The position numbers were made by a program, and so were the translations under genes. Shown one piece after another: positions 63,949-64,000 of a DNA stretch of 64,000 nt (position 1 is the stretch's first letter; each line of letters starts with the position of its first letter). The stretch comes from Dehalococcoidales bacterium (GTDB lineage: Bacteria; Chloroflexota; Dehalococcoidia; Dehalococcoidales; Fen-1064): assembly GCA_020342155.1 (NCBI GenBank), contig CP070842.1, positions 204,183-268,182 on the forward strand, given 5' to 3'. The notes beneath the pieces are model-generated. The model made no database searches. It saw nothing but the letters and a program-made list of their open reading frames with translations, and was not told the DNA's origin.

Positions 63949-64000
63949 ATGACTACAGAGCCTGCCCATTTACTGACAGATACCCACACTCACCTGGACG
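63949..64000 (+). CDS. 5' end of a TatD-family metal-dependent hydrolase (truncated by window edge)
   Basis: MTTEPAHLLTDTHTHLD is the N-terminal D-x-H-x-H metal motif of the TatD family. Confidence 0.5.
   Translation, partial: MTTEPAHLLTDTHTHLD

Noticed and set aside
63910-63951. ATGAGTAAA in the palindrome flanks read as a start codon (for example a 13-codon ORF MSKHSKSIRPSSI from 63911).
   Set aside because: The same nonamer occurs in both orientations at different copies, and there is no SD. It is more simply part of the DNA motif.
1-64000. Looked for CRISPR arrays, tRNA/rRNA/tmRNA/RNase P genes, transposases, integrases and prophage genes.
   Set aside because: No direct-repeat/spacer arrays, no T-loop (GGTTCGAATCC-like) contexts outside coding sequence, no RNase P or tmRNA conserved boxes, and no recombinase motifs were recognised by eye. 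A proper tRNAscan/Infernal run could still find something I missed.

Overview
Mostly housekeeping chromosomal DNA at roughly mid-50s % GC by eye. Gene content suggests a Chloroflexota/Dehalococcoidia-like anaerobe; this is an inference, since no rRNA or tRNA gene was seen. Gene content: an 11-gene nuoABCDHIJKLMN operon lacking nuoEFG, with two extra small ORFs embedded (27.7-38.1 kb). A tungstate/molybdate block: a Moco-type riboswitch followed by tupABC, moaA, moaC and moaB/mog. Also secDF, ispE-rsmA, two CCA/poly(A)-polymerase-family paralogs, a two-subunit class I fumarase plus mdh, pyrD, nadK, and many GNAT, NUDIX, HIT, HD and MazG house-cleaning genes. Items worth a second look: (1) an SH3-like (NdhS/PsaE-pattern) mini-protein between nuoB and nuoC and a DUF2007-like one between nuoK and nuoL. 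(2) A TTGCGCAATTGCGCA-type palindrome family, with one copy at each of six consecutive gene boundaries around an orphan parA plus small RHH gene pair; one copy fills the parA promoter spacer. (3) Composite GC-rich double-hairpin repeats (REP/MITE-like) in at least six intergenic regions. (4) A HerA-like ATPase and a NurA-like nuclease separated by about 8 kb of accessory-looking genes, including a HAS-barrel-like orphan, a 23-codon poly-Lys micro-ORF, MazG and a cNMP-binding protein. (5) An unassigned structured ~340-nt leader upstream of an RNHCP zinc-ribbon gene. (6) Two frameshifted genes (NUDIX and HAD). No CRISPR array, transposase or integrase was recognised. All family calls come from motif recognition by eye, not from searches.
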